This document shows positions 55,410-64,000 of a DNA stretch of 64,000 bases, piece by piece. How positions within the stretch are numbered: position 1 is the first letter of the stretch; every line of letters starts with the position of its first letter. Source of the DNA: a virus; IMG/VR virus record IMGVR_UViG_3300005537_000023, positions 9,233 to 73,232 of that record. One strand, 5' to 3'. Under the pieces are notes generated by a model. The model was not told where the DNA came from and ran no database searches. It saw only the letters and a list, made by a program, of their open reading frames with translations. The position numbers and the translations under genes were made by a program.

Positions 55410-55972
55410 CGTGGCGGGACGATCTTGATTGGAGCAACGGGGCACGCGTGTCCCCGATTTGGGATGCTGCCTACGGCGCGCTGTTTCCGAAGTCTCGGAT
55501 CGAAAGACCGGTTGCCGATCTGACCATGCAGCGCCGTGGAATCGACGCCAGGATCTGGACAGGAACTGACCATCAGCAGACGATCGACGAGAAGACTCGC
55601 CGTGTGAACTACGGCGACATCGCGCTGGAGTACGTTCACGTTTACGCCTCTGGCGGCGAGTCGGCGGGGTGGATGAACCTTGATTTGTCGATCGACTGGC
55701 TTGGGTACGCCGTGCCGAGTGTTGCCGGCGGCGTCGGCTGCGTAACGTTTATTCCGTGGGCGCCGCTCCGTCGCGCATGGGGGAAATTGCGCACCGAATG
55801 GATCGGTCTGGCCGAACGATCGGAGGCCGGTTTTCAGTTGGTGAAGAGCGGGCGAAATAACAACGGGTACATGACCTATTCCGTCGCCGTCCCTCGTCGC
55901 GTGCTGCTTGATTCAGTTAGGGATTCCATGATGGTGGAGATTACTCAGGCAATGATCGGTGGGGCGCGATGA
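55406..55972 (+). CDS. PD-(D/E)XK nuclease-like protein
   Basis: QRRGID...TIDEK...DIALE. Confidence 0.65.
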   Translation: MTWRDDLDWSNGARVSPIWDAAYGALFPKSRIERPVADLTMQRRGIDARIWTGTDHQQTIDEKTRRVNYGDIALEYVHVYASGGESAGWMNLDLSIDWLGYAVPSVAGGVGCVTFIPWAPLRRAWGKLRTEWIGLAERSEAGFQLVKSGRNNNGYMTYSVAVPRRVLLDSVRDSMMVEITQAMIGGAR

Positions 55973-56865
55973 ACGTTCTCAATCAGGCCGAGGGCGCCGG
56001 CTGGACGGCATTCCATGGCGACTGTGCCGAGGTGATGCTGGGCATGCCGGAATCAAGCGTGCACCTCACGGTCACGTCCATCCCCTTTGCCAGCCTTTTC
56101 ACCTACAGCAACTCGGATCGCGACTTCGGCAACTGCAAATCGCACGCGCAGTTTTTCGAGCAATTCGGCTTCTTCGCGCCGGCCCTACTGCGCGTGACGA
56201 AACCGGGACGACTCGCCGCGATCCACTGCATGAATTTGCCGACGTCCAAGACGCGCGACGGCCACATCGGCCTAAGCGACTTTCGCGGCGAGGTGATCCG
56301 CTCGTTCGAGGACGCTGGCTGGATCTTTCACGCCGAGACTGTGATCTGGAAGGATCCAGTCACTGCGATGCAAAGGACGAAGGCGCTCGGCCTGCTGTGG
56401 AAGCAACTGAAAAAGGACTCCGCGATGAGCCGTATGGGCATCCCCGACACCATCGTCTTTTTTCGCAAGCCCGGCGAAAACGAGTGCGCCGTCTCTCACT
56501 CCGCCGCGGACTTCCCGGTGGACCAATGGCAACGGTGGGCATCGCCGGTGTGGATGGACATCGACCAATCCGACACCCTCCAATTCCGCAGCGTCCGCGA
56601 AAACGAAGACGAGCGTCATCTTTGCCCTCTCCAGCTCGAACCGATCCGCCGTTGCCTCACCCTCTACAGCAACCCCGGTGACGTCGTCTTCGATCCGTTC
56701 GGCGGCATCGGAAGCACAGGCGTCGTCGCGCTCCACAACAATCGCAAGACCGTCATCGCCGAGTTGAAGGAAGTTTACTGGAAGCAGGCCGTGGCCAACT
56801 TGCGCGAGGCGGAGACGGCGGGGAAGCGGCAGCCGTCGCTGGACTTCGGGAGGGCGGCGCCGTGA
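55969..56865 (+). CDS. N4/N6 DNA methyltransferase (beta-class motif order)
   Basis: TSIPF catalytic motif precedes HLCPLQL and FDPFGGIGSTG. Confidence 0.88.
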   Translation: MNVLNQAEGAGWTAFHGDCAEVMLGMPESSVHLTVTSIPFASLFTYSNSDRDFGNCKSHAQFFEQFGFFAPALLRVTKPGRLAAIHCMNLPTSKTRDGHIGLSDFRGEVIRSFEDAGWIFHAETVIWKDPVTAMQRTKALGLLWKQLKKDSAMSRMGIPDTIVFFRKPGENECAVSHSAADFPVDQWQRWASPVWMDIDQSDTLQFRSVRENEDERHLCPLQLEPIRRCLTLYSNPGDVVFDPFGGIGSTGVVALHNNRKTVIAELKEVYWKQAVANLREAETAGKRQPSLDFGRAAP

Positions 56866-57118
56866 TCCAGATTTCCTCCTTCGATTGGGTTGGCTTCGAC
56901 TGGTGGACGCTTCCGCATAGCGAGTGCGTCCACATTCACGAGTTGTGCAAGCGTGTGAAGACGTGGGCCGAATTCCAATCGATGGCCTGGCGTGTCCTCA
57001 TGGACTTGCGCAAGAGCCGCGGTGGCGTGATCGGCCACCTCCCTACCTGCTGCATCACGTCCCGGCCTGGCGGCCGTCCGTGCGACTGCGGCCTCATCAA
57101 ACGAAGGGCCTCCGACGA

Positions 57119-58243
57119 ATGAACCTCACCATCCCCCGCGACATCCTCTCATCCCTCGCCGAAATCGCCGCGTCCGTCGTGGAAGCGCGCCCGGCCCAAC
57201 CCATCCGCGCCAACGTCCTGATCGTCGTCGGCACCGGCCGCATCGCCGTCCGCGGCACCGATGACGTCCGATCGATCGCCGCCTTCGCGAACGTGCCGGC
57301 CACGTCCAAGCCCGGCTGCATCGCCGTCCCCAAGGGCGATCTCCTCGGCGCCGTCAAGGTGATGCCGGCCGGCGATGTCAGCGTCACGTCCGACGGAAAG
57401 AAGTTCACGCTCAAGTCCGGCAAGCGCACCATCAACGTGCCTTGCATCGACGGAGGTGATTTCCCGGCCGCGCGCGCGATGCCGAAGAATCCCGACGTCC
57501 TCACCATCCCCGCCAAGGCCCTCGCCGACATCCTCGGCCGTGTGGCGTACGCGCGAAACGAGGACTCGACGACGCCCTACATGCACGGGGCACTACTCGA
57601 CTTCGACGGTAAGGCGATGCGCGCCGTGGCAACCAACCGGCACAAGCTCGTGGCGGTGGCGGTGCCGTACGAGTCCAAGGTGGGCGCGATCATTGTCCCG
57701 TACTACGCCGTGGACTCGCTCATTGCGCTCTGCGGCAAGGGCGAGGAAGTGCGCCTCACGATCGGCGTGGACTGCTTCTCCGCCGCCGCCGGCAACGTGG
57801 AGTTGGTGTCCGCCGTGTGCGCCGACGCGGCATCATTCCCGCCGTGGCGCCTCGTCATCCCCGCGGACAGGGACGCGCGCGCCGTGTGCAGCCGTACCGC
57901 GCTCGCCGATGCCGTTCGCGCCGTCATCACCACCGCGCAGAGTTTCGAGGGGGCGCGGCGGATTGCGCTCGACATCGGGCCAAGGCGCATCGCGCTGTCC
58001 TCGGCGAATTCGGACGCGTCCTCGGCTGACGAGGTGGAGTGCGGATTCGAGGGGAAGCCGACGACGCTGCTTTTCAATGGCGCGTACGTGGCCGAAACCT
58101 TGGCCGCCATGCGCACCGATGACGTGGCCATTGAGTACGCCATCGGGCCGCAATTCTCGCCAGTGATTTTCCGCGGGGTGGGCGATGAGTCCGCTACCGC
58201 ACTCGTGATGCCACAGGTGAATACCAAAGGAGCCGGTCAATGA
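57119..58243 (+). CDS. dnaN: DNA polymerase III beta sliding clamp homolog
   Basis: PIRANVLI, GTD, DFP, AVATNRHKL, FPPWRLVIP, FNGAYV, LVMP. Confidence 0.85.
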   Translation: MNLTIPRDILSSLAEIAASVVEARPAQPIRANVLIVVGTGRIAVRGTDDVRSIAAFANVPATSKPGCIAVPKGDLLGAVKVMPAGDVSVTSDGKKFTLKSGKRTINVPCIDGGDFPAARAMPKNPDVLTIPAKALADILGRVAYARNEDSTTPYMHGALLDFDGKAMRAVATNRHKLVAVAVPYESKVGAIIVPYYAVDSLIALCGKGEEVRLTIGVDCFSAAAGNVELVSAVCADAASFPPWRLVIPADRDARAVCSRTALADAVRAVITTAQSFEGARRIALDIGPRRIALSSANSDASSADEVECGFEGKPTTLLFNGAYVAETLAAMRTDDVAIEYAIGPQFSPVIFRGVGDESATALVMPQVNTKGAGQ

Positions 58244-58599
58244 AGTACGGAGCAAAGTCAGCATTCGTCCGCAAGCACCCCAATCTCAGCGCCAAGGCCA
58301 TCATCGCGCTGGCGAAAAGCAAGGGACTCGACATCAGCGAGCAAACCGTCCATTCGACGCGCGCCGCCGATCGGAAGAGCGGGCGCAACGGCAACGGCAA
58401 ACCCATCCCCCTCGTCCCCACCGCCAAGGCGCTCGCGGACATGGCGCCGCTGCCGGCGCCCACCAACGGCGCCGCCTACCCGACGGAATTCGACGACATC
58501 CGCACGCTGCGGCGCATGGTTTCGCAGCAGGGTTTCGATCGCGTGCTCGCCATCGCCCGGACGATCCAGGTGTGCGCGACGGAGACGGTGGGGGCCTAG
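58240..58599 (+). CDS. Small basic DNA-binding-like protein
   Basis: KSAFVRKHPNLSAKAIIALAKSKGLDIS. Confidence 0.55.
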   Translation: MKYGAKSAFVRKHPNLSAKAIIALAKSKGLDISEQTVHSTRAADRKSGRNGNGKPIPLVPTAKALADMAPLPAPTNGAAYPTEFDDIRTLRRMVSQQGFDRVLAIARTIQVCATETVGA

Positions 58600-58601
58600 C
58601 C

Positions 58602-59282
58602 ATGGGCTGCGATATCCACCTGCACGTGGAGGTGCGCCGCGACGGCAAATGGACGCACTACGCCAGCGACGATGCCGTGGACGATGATCCGCGGCGCGTC
58701 GTTGATGAGTGGGGCGGCGTGGGCCTGGCGGGCGCATCCGGAGAGATTGATTGGGAGTTGCGGTGCGACTTCGACGTTGGCCGCAACTACGCCCTATTCG
58801 CCATGCTGTCAGGCGTGCGTGACTACGGCGGAGGGACGGTGCCGGTGGCGGAGCCGAGAGGTGTCCCCGACGACGCATCGCCGGAGACGGCCGCCGATGC
58901 TGCAGAGTGGGATGCCGACGGGCACACACACTCTTGGCTGACGCTGGCCGAGTTGGATGCGTACGATTGGTGCGGCGCGCGCACGGAGTCAGGCCTGGTG
59001 CCGTTTGCCGCGTACGTGGCCCACAAGGAAAGCGGCGCGATGCCGGATACGTGGTGCCAGGGTACCAACATGCCTGTCGTCACCACCGCGCAGGCGGATG
59101 AGATGCTTCGCGCTGGGGAGATGCCCGCGCGAAACACTTTCGTCGAGTACACGTGGCAAACGAAGCGGCGCGACGACGCGACGCACTTCGTCGAAAGCTT
59201 CCTGCCGTCACTGCGTGACGTGGCCAAGAAATTCAACGTTGGGCCGGAGGACGTGCGCATCGTCTTCTGGTTCGATAACTGA
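58602..59282 (+). CDS. Conserved phage protein (MGCDIH family)
   Basis: MGCDIH...RNYALFAMLSGVR...PRGVPDDAS...HTHSWLTLAEL...RIVFWFDN. Confidence 0.75.
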   Translation: MGCDIHLHVEVRRDGKWTHYASDDAVDDDPRRVVDEWGGVGLAGASGEIDWELRCDFDVGRNYALFAMLSGVRDYGGGTVPVAEPRGVPDDASPETAADAAEWDADGHTHSWLTLAELDAYDWCGARTESGLVPFAAYVAHKESGAMPDTWCQGTNMPVVTTAQADEMLRAGEMPARNTFVEYTWQTKRRDDATHFVESFLPSLRDVAKKFNVGPEDVRIVFWFDN

Positions 59283-59291
59283 GGGGCGGCC

Positions 59292-59858
59292 ATGCGCGAG
59301 CCCTGGAAGCAGATGCGATCGGGCGCGGCGTTGTACATCCTGACGCCGCGCCCCGAGGACTTCGAGATCACTGAGATCGCCCACGTCCTCGCCAACATGC
59401 CGCGCTTCGATGCGCACACGCTGGGCGATCGAAAGTACAGCGTCGGGGAGCACTCAGTGCGTGTCAGCTACGCTTGCGAGCCAGCGGACGCGCTGGAGGG
59501 GCTACTTCACGACGCCCCGGAAATTGTAACCGGAGATTGCAGCCAGCCTATGAAGCAGGCCATGCGCGCGCTGCAAAGCACCTGGCACGGATCCACCCGA
59601 TCCCCCTTCGACGTCATCGAGGACACCATCGCCCGCGCCCTCGCCGAGCGCTTCGGCTGCCGCTGGCCGTGGCCTCCGAGCGTGAAACGGGCGGACTTGA
59701 CCTTGCTGGCGACCGAGGCGCGCGACCTCATGGCCCCGCCGCCGATATCGTGGGAGCTGCCCTACCCGCCGCTGCCGGAGCGGATCGATCCGTGGGCGCC
59801 GGACAAGTCGGAGGCGGAATTCCTCGCGCGGTTTCGGGAGTTGACGCCCGCGCGGTGA
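59292..59858 (+). CDS. HD-domain phosphohydrolase (YfbR/5'-deoxynucleotidase-like)
   Basis: IAHVLANMPRF, YSVGEHS, LLHDAPE, VKRAD...EARDL. Confidence 0.85.
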   Translation: MREPWKQMRSGAALYILTPRPEDFEITEIAHVLANMPRFDAHTLGDRKYSVGEHSVRVSYACEPADALEGLLHDAPEIVTGDCSQPMKQAMRALQSTWHGSTRSPFDVIEDTIARALAERFGCRWPWPPSVKRADLTLLATEARDLMAPPPISWELPYPPLPERIDPWAPDKSEAEFLARFRELTPAR

Positions 59859-60303
59859 TTCCGCTTGACGCAACGAAGCCCGACGCGGCAATATTGATCC
59901 CCTGCCCTAGAAAGGGCGAAGGCGCCGCAGCGGTTGGACGCTGGGCACCTTCTACGCCGAAACCTGATGCGGAGGTGCGACGGTGACTCTGGACGTACAG
60001 GAAAACGGGACGCAAGGCAAGCCGGAACGCGTCGCCATCATCGGATCCCGCGCGAAATACTGGCCGCACACCGACGTCATTTTCGCGCGTGATGCCGTGA
60101 TCGCCATCGTTGGCGGCCTACCCGCGGACGCTACCGTAATATCGCATGCTCATCCGGTTAGAGGGGATAGCCACGTGCATTCGGGTACTTAGGCCGATTC
60201 GACCGAAATCGACACCAATCCGCTTGACGGGGAGAATATCGAGGCTATCCTGTACTTCAGATGGATGACGGCGGGGCGCCAGACCCGCGGAAATGAGGAG
60301 ACC

Positions 60304-60543
60304 ATGATTACGATCACCAGCGCTCGAATCTGCCAGGGCTACACGGGCTGCGACCACCTGATCTCGCAGTCGGATTGCGACACCGTCGCGAACTTCGTCG
60401 GTCGTCGATTCGGTTCGCGCGCCGCTGCGCTGCGCGCCGTCAATCGTGCCTATTCGCGCGGCTGCGACCGTCGAGTGCGCACTGCGCGAGTCGAGATCGA
60501 CGTTCGGCTCGCGGACGGCTCGAACGTCTACAACATCGGCTGA
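60304..60543 (+). CDS. IS passenger hypothetical protein 1
   Basis: GAGGAG RBS; downstream of TTGACG-N16-TATCCT (60224-60251). Confidence 0.6.
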   Translation: MITITSARICQGYTGCDHLISQSDCDTVANFVGRRFGSRAAALRAVNRAYSRGCDRRVRTARVEIDVRLADGSNVYNIG

Positions 60544-60564
60544 GAAAAGAAAGGAGCCTGAATC

Positions 60565-60765
60565 ATGTACGCCGTCATCGATCAAGACTCTCCGAATTAC
60601 GGGCGCGTGCTCTCCACCCATCGAACCGAGAACGGCGCGGAAACGGCCGTCGAGAAGATCAACGCACGCATTCAGCGCAAATACGGACCCGAGAGTTACT
60701 TCGGCGGCCGAATCGTCGAAGTCGAAGGCGCGGTCAAGAAGGGCCAGCGGATTCGCTGGCGCTGA
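60565..60765 (+). CDS. IS passenger hypothetical protein 2
   Basis: AAAGGAG RBS. Confidence 0.65.
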   Translation: MYAVIDQDSPNYGRVLSTHRTENGAETAVEKINARIQRKYGPESYFGGRIVEVEGAVKKGQRIRWR

Positions 60766-60768
60766 CCG

Positions 60769-60930
60769 ATGGCCGTCCACGTCACCGAGATTCGGTTTGA
60801 GGTTGTCGTCGATGGCAAGCGCATCGTCGCCAGTTTCTTTCGCGACGAGAAGATCGCTTCGCTCGTCGCGTCGACCGATACGCTTGGAGGATTCTTGCGC
60901 GCGCTGATTGACAGCAGACAATCGAAATAG
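60769..60930 (+). CDS. IS passenger hypothetical protein 3 (53 aa; not in ORF track)
   Basis: MAVHVTEIRFEVVVDGKRIV... fills the gap before the transposase. Confidence 0.4.
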   Translation: MAVHVTEIRFEVVVDGKRIVASFFRDEKIASLVASTDTLGGFLRALIDSRQSK

Positions 60931-60987
60931 ACGGCCGCGCGTGGCGCCAACCACCGCGGCCCGGACCGAGAGGAGACCTCGATCACC

Positions 60988-62025
60988 ATGGAGTCTACAC
61001 CGTTGCCGTTCGCTCGTTCGCTCCCCGAATTTCAGAAGCTCTTCCCTGACGACGCCGCGTGCGCCGCGTACTTGGAGCGGTTGCGCTTCCCCGACGGATT
61101 CACTTGCCCCAAGTGCGAGGAGTGCGGCGAGCCGTGGCGCGTCGCGACGAGCGCGATCGTGCTTCAGTGCCGGGTGTGTAAGGCGAAGATGTCGCTCACC
61201 GCGGGCACCGTCATGCACCGCACGCATTCGCCGTTGCTCACGTGGTTTTGGGGCGCGTACTTGCTCACGTCGTCGACCCCCGGAATGTCGGCGGTCCAAT
61301 TCGCTCGGCAGATCGGCGTGAAGCGGTACGAGACGGCATTCCAGATTCTCCACAAGCTCCGCGCCGGTATGGTTCGGCCTGGCGTCGACCGCATCGGCGG
61401 CGATGGCGTCGACGTCGAGATGGACGAAACGCTCGTCGGCGGCGTGACACGCGGCGAGGGTAAGGGCGTGCACCACAAAGTCTACGTATGCGGCGCCGTC
61501 GAGGTGAAGCATCGTCCGCCTATTGCCGAGGGCGTCGAGCCGACGAAGGCGATGATGCGCCGTGCGGGCACCTACGCGGGCCGTCTGCGCCTCCGCGTGC
61601 TCGCCGACCGCACGAGTGACTCCCTGCTCGCGTTCGCGCGGGAGAGTGTCGCGCCGGGCTCCCACGTGACCACGGACGACTTCGGCGGATACGACCGGCT
61701 CGACATCGAGTGCGGATTGAAGCACACCGCCGTGCGCGAGGGCGGAGACCCGAGCATCGCGGAGAAGTTTCTCCCGCTGATCCATCTCGTGTTCTCGAAT
61801 CTCAAGTCGTGGTTGCTCGGCGTGCATCACGGCGTCTCCAATCAGCACTTGCAGGCGTATCTCAACGAATTCACGTTCAGGTTCAACCGCAGGTTCTACC
61901 CCTTCAACGCGTTCCGATCGTTGCTCGGACTCGGCGTCGCGTCGGAATCGCCGACGTACGACGCGCTCTACAAAGGCACGTGGGAGCACCCCGTTGCCGC
62001 TGGGCCTTTTCAGCTAACCGGATAG
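60988..62025 (+). CDS. IS1595-family (ISXO2-like) DDE transposase
   Basis: CPKC...CRVC zinc ribbon; VEMDET; TTDD; HLQAYLNEFTFRFNRR. Confidence 0.95.
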   Translation: MESTPLPFARSLPEFQKLFPDDAACAAYLERLRFPDGFTCPKCEECGEPWRVATSAIVLQCRVCKAKMSLTAGTVMHRTHSPLLTWFWGAYLLTSSTPGMSAVQFARQIGVKRYETAFQILHKLRAGMVRPGVDRIGGDGVDVEMDETLVGGVTRGEGKGVHHKVYVCGAVEVKHRPPIAEGVEPTKAMMRRAGTYAGRLRLRVLADRTSDSLLAFARESVAPGSHVTTDDFGGYDRLDIECGLKHTAVREGGDPSIAEKFLPLIHLVFSNLKSWLLGVHHGVSNQHLQAYLNEFTFRFNRRFYPFNAFRSLLGLGVASESPTYDALYKGTWEHPVAAGPFQLTG

Positions 62026-62400
62026 GTGTCATGTGCGATCGACCTTTCGTCACCGAAAACCGGATGAGCATGTAATATCGGGCGATTCGCCTGGCGGAGG
62101 CGCCGATCAGTGGGCACGCACGGCCGCAGACCTTCACGCCGCGCCTTTCATCGCGCATTGGCCGGGCACGTACACGAAGCGCGGCATGCCGTTTCGCGAG
62201 GCCTGCTTCACACGCAACACCGATATCGCCGCGGACTGCACGCGCCTAATCTCCGTCTGCCCAACGCGCAAGCCCACGGCGGGCACGCTGGACACGATGC
62301 GGAAGGCGAGGGCGCTGGGGAAGCGGGTGACGCTCGTCGTTGTGGCGAATGGGCGAGTTGAGGCGTTGGAGTGGGATGGCGGGGAAGGGGAGGCGTTGCG

Positions 62401-63741
62401 GTGAGCGAATGGATCAAATTCCACGCTGAGCTTTGCGACGGCGAAAAGCGTGGCATTCCCAGAAGCGCCAGGTTTATTTTCCTGGAACTGTCCCTGTTAG
62501 CACGCAAGCGTCAGGGCGAAGTGGTGTGCGTGAAGGCTCCAACGCTGGTGAAGGCGGTTTGCGATCTGATCCGGGGGGACATGGCTGAGGTGAAGCGTGC
62601 GATCCCGGTACTGATGCACCACCAGATGATAGAGGCCGAAGAGACGGAGTCATCCTGGATCGTGCGAATCCCGTCATGGGCTCGCTGGAATTCGTTCGAC
62701 AAATCGACCGATCGGGTTAGCGCCATGCGCACCCGTAGGCGCGAGAATCAGGCCGAGGACCTTGTGTATTTTGCGCAGCGAGAGAGCGGCGGGCCGGTGA
62801 AGATAGGCCACTCCGATAACGTCAGGGACCGTCTGACGAACATCGCGCGCGAGTGTAAGGAAAGAATCCGCGTACTGCTGCTGCTTCCTGGTGGGCAGCC
62901 AGTCGAGGCGGAATTGCACAAGAGGTTTGAGGTGACGCGGCTTCGCGGCGAATGGTTCGCTGTGGAAGATCGACTGACTGAATTTATCGCCGCGAACGCG
63001 TTACACGACAAGTTGCACGAGGTGTTTCGTGGTGTGTTTCCCGAACCGTTGCTTGGCCCGTTGCGCGAATCGTTGCCCGATCAGCCGCGCGCACCCGCGC
63101 ACCCGCCCGCGCCCTCTCCCTCTTCTTCTCTCTCTTCTATTTCTTCTCTTATTTCACAGTCTTATCTCGTAACTGCACCGTCTCAGCCCCGCGCGCGCGA
63201 GGACTTCGACCCGGCCGACAAGGCCGCCCGCTTGGTGCTGGCTCGACGCGACTTGTGGCCGGCGGAGTTCGTGACGGACGCGGAGATCGCCGCCGTCGTG
63301 TCGCGCTGCCGTGCCGCCTGGCGTGACGAGCCGGCGGCGAAGCGCCTCGGGCTGACGCTGGAGCATGCCTTGCGCGAGGCGATCAACGACGCGCAGATGT
63401 ACGGCAAGCGCTACACGTCCGCGACGCCGGAGCAACTCCTCGCACGCATCGAGCAGCGGGTGGAGTGGATTCTTGGCGAGTGCCGCAGTGGGCGCCGCAA
63501 GGCCACCGTGGTGGCAACGGAGTCCGACGTGGCCGACGACGCGCGGGACAGTAGGGAGGCCACGGAGAGGTGCCTGGCCGCCGATCGGGCCCACGCCGAG
63601 GCCGAGCGTGAGAAGACGCGCGCCTTCGCCAACGATCCGGCGGCGAAAGCGAAGCGCGCGGCGGACTTGGCGAAGCTGGCCCAATCGGCAGCGCCGGAGC
63701 AATTCACGAGGAAGGCTGCGCCGGAAGGGGGTGGGAAGTGA
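62401..63741 (+). CDS. Phage replication-initiator-like protein with internal GIY-YIG (T5orf172-like) domain
   Basis: WIKFH...IPSWARWN...STDRV N-terminus; VYFAQ...VKIGHS...EAELHKRF...GEWF. Confidence 0.7.
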   Translation: MSEWIKFHAELCDGEKRGIPRSARFIFLELSLLARKRQGEVVCVKAPTLVKAVCDLIRGDMAEVKRAIPVLMHHQMIEAEETESSWIVRIPSWARWNSFDKSTDRVSAMRTRRRENQAEDLVYFAQRESGGPVKIGHSDNVRDRLTNIARECKERIRVLLLLPGGQPVEAELHKRFEVTRLRGEWFAVEDRLTEFIAANALHDKLHEVFRGVFPEPLLGPLRESLPDQPRAPAHPPAPSPSSSLSSISSLISQSYLVTAPSQPRAREDFDPADKAARLVLARRDLWPAEFVTDAEIAAVVSRCRAAWRDEPAAKRLGLTLEHALREAINDAQMYGKRYTSATPEQLLARIEQRVEWILGECRSGRRKATVVATESDVADDARDSREATERCLAADRAHAEAEREKTRAFANDPAAKAKRAADLAKLAQSAAPEQFTRKAAPEGGGK

Positions 63742-63977
63742 TCTCGGAAGCGGCCGCCCGCGTCCTCGCCGACCTCCGAGCGAAAAAGGATCTCGACATC
63801 GGCGATTTCATCAACCGCCCCAAGTCCGCGACGATGGCGGAGACGGTGGCGTGCCTGCCGCAGTTGATCGCCGATGGGTACGTGAGCAGTTGGGGCAACA
63901 CGCGGGACGTGGCGCGCACGCCGGAGATCACGCGCAAGGGGCGGGTGGCGTTGGAGGAAGCGGAGGCGAAAACATGA
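63738..63977 (+). CDS. Small winged-helix-like protein
   Basis: LIADGYV...ITRKGRVAL. Confidence 0.5.
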   Translation: MISEAAARVLADLRAKKDLDIGDFINRPKSATMAETVACLPQLIADGYVSSWGNTRDVARTPEITRKGRVALEEAEAKT

Positions 63978-64000
63978 GCAGATCGGGATACAGCGATGAT

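Larger units (their letters stand above)
60145..62072 (+). mobile_element. IS1595-family element (1928 bp) with three passenger ORFs
   Basis: Perfect 15 bp IRs CATGCTCATCCGGTT (60145-59 and 62058-72); 8 bp direct repeat TAATATCG (60137-44 and 62073-80). Confidence 0.92.
59983..62404 (+). pseudogene. SLOG-family (YspA/DUF2493-like) gene split by IS1595
   Basis: VAIIGSR...ATVIS joins GDSPGGGADQWA...RNTDIA...GTLDTMRKA in frame when the IS and one target copy are removed. Confidence 0.8.
1..64000. mobile_element. Phage/prophage genome segment, probably a tailless membrane-containing virus; ends not in window
   Basis: Dense, overlapping (ATGA/GTGA) short ORFs; recombinase, YqaJ, Cro, methylases, helicase and muralytic enzymes; no host core operons. 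Confidence 0.9.

Noticed and set aside
60118-61989. 623 aa minus-strand ORF
   Set aside because: Antisense shadow of the GC3-biased transposase and passengers; no motifs
1-64000. tRNA, rRNA, reverse transcriptase/DGR, retron or cas genes
   Set aside because: No such motifs recognised by eye; covariance-model searches were not run

Overview
The whole 64 kb window reads as one GC-rich, densely packed viral (phage or prophage) genome segment. No host housekeeping operon, rRNA, tRNA or CRISPR array is visible. A cysteine-rich lipoprotein with a D/A/G linker weakly suggests a Myxococcota-like host (inference). Layout: (i) 1-3014, leftward, small beta-rich virion-like genes and an HTH protein; (ii) 3112-34685, rightward, a morphogenesis/lysis module with no recognisable terminase, portal, HK97 capsid, tape measure or tail tube. 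It instead holds beta-sandwich paralog pairs, more than 15 small membrane proteins, a tandem transglutaminase-like cysteine protease, membrane-anchored muralytic enzymes, a RadA-like ATPase and two spike-like proteins, which suggests a tailless, membrane-containing virus; (iii) 34693-50221, leftward early genes (tyrosine recombinase, GHKL ATPase, YqaJ exonuclease); (iv) 50370-64000, rightward Cro, SNF2-like helicase, two methyltransferases, beta clamp, HD hydrolase and initiator. Most notable: seven virion-module proteins share an N-terminal (S/T)xRPR...VxVG(A/D) leader, with a candidate maturation protease nearby; an endonuclease VII gene is overprinted inside the helicase while the helicase frame stays open; an autonomous IS1595 has a cognate non-autonomous gene-carrying cassette; an HNH intein sits in a HExxE metallopeptidase; one gene carries a ~52 bp micro-inversion; and another is frameshifted at a G10 tract. 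All family assignments come from motif recognition by eye; no database searches were run.
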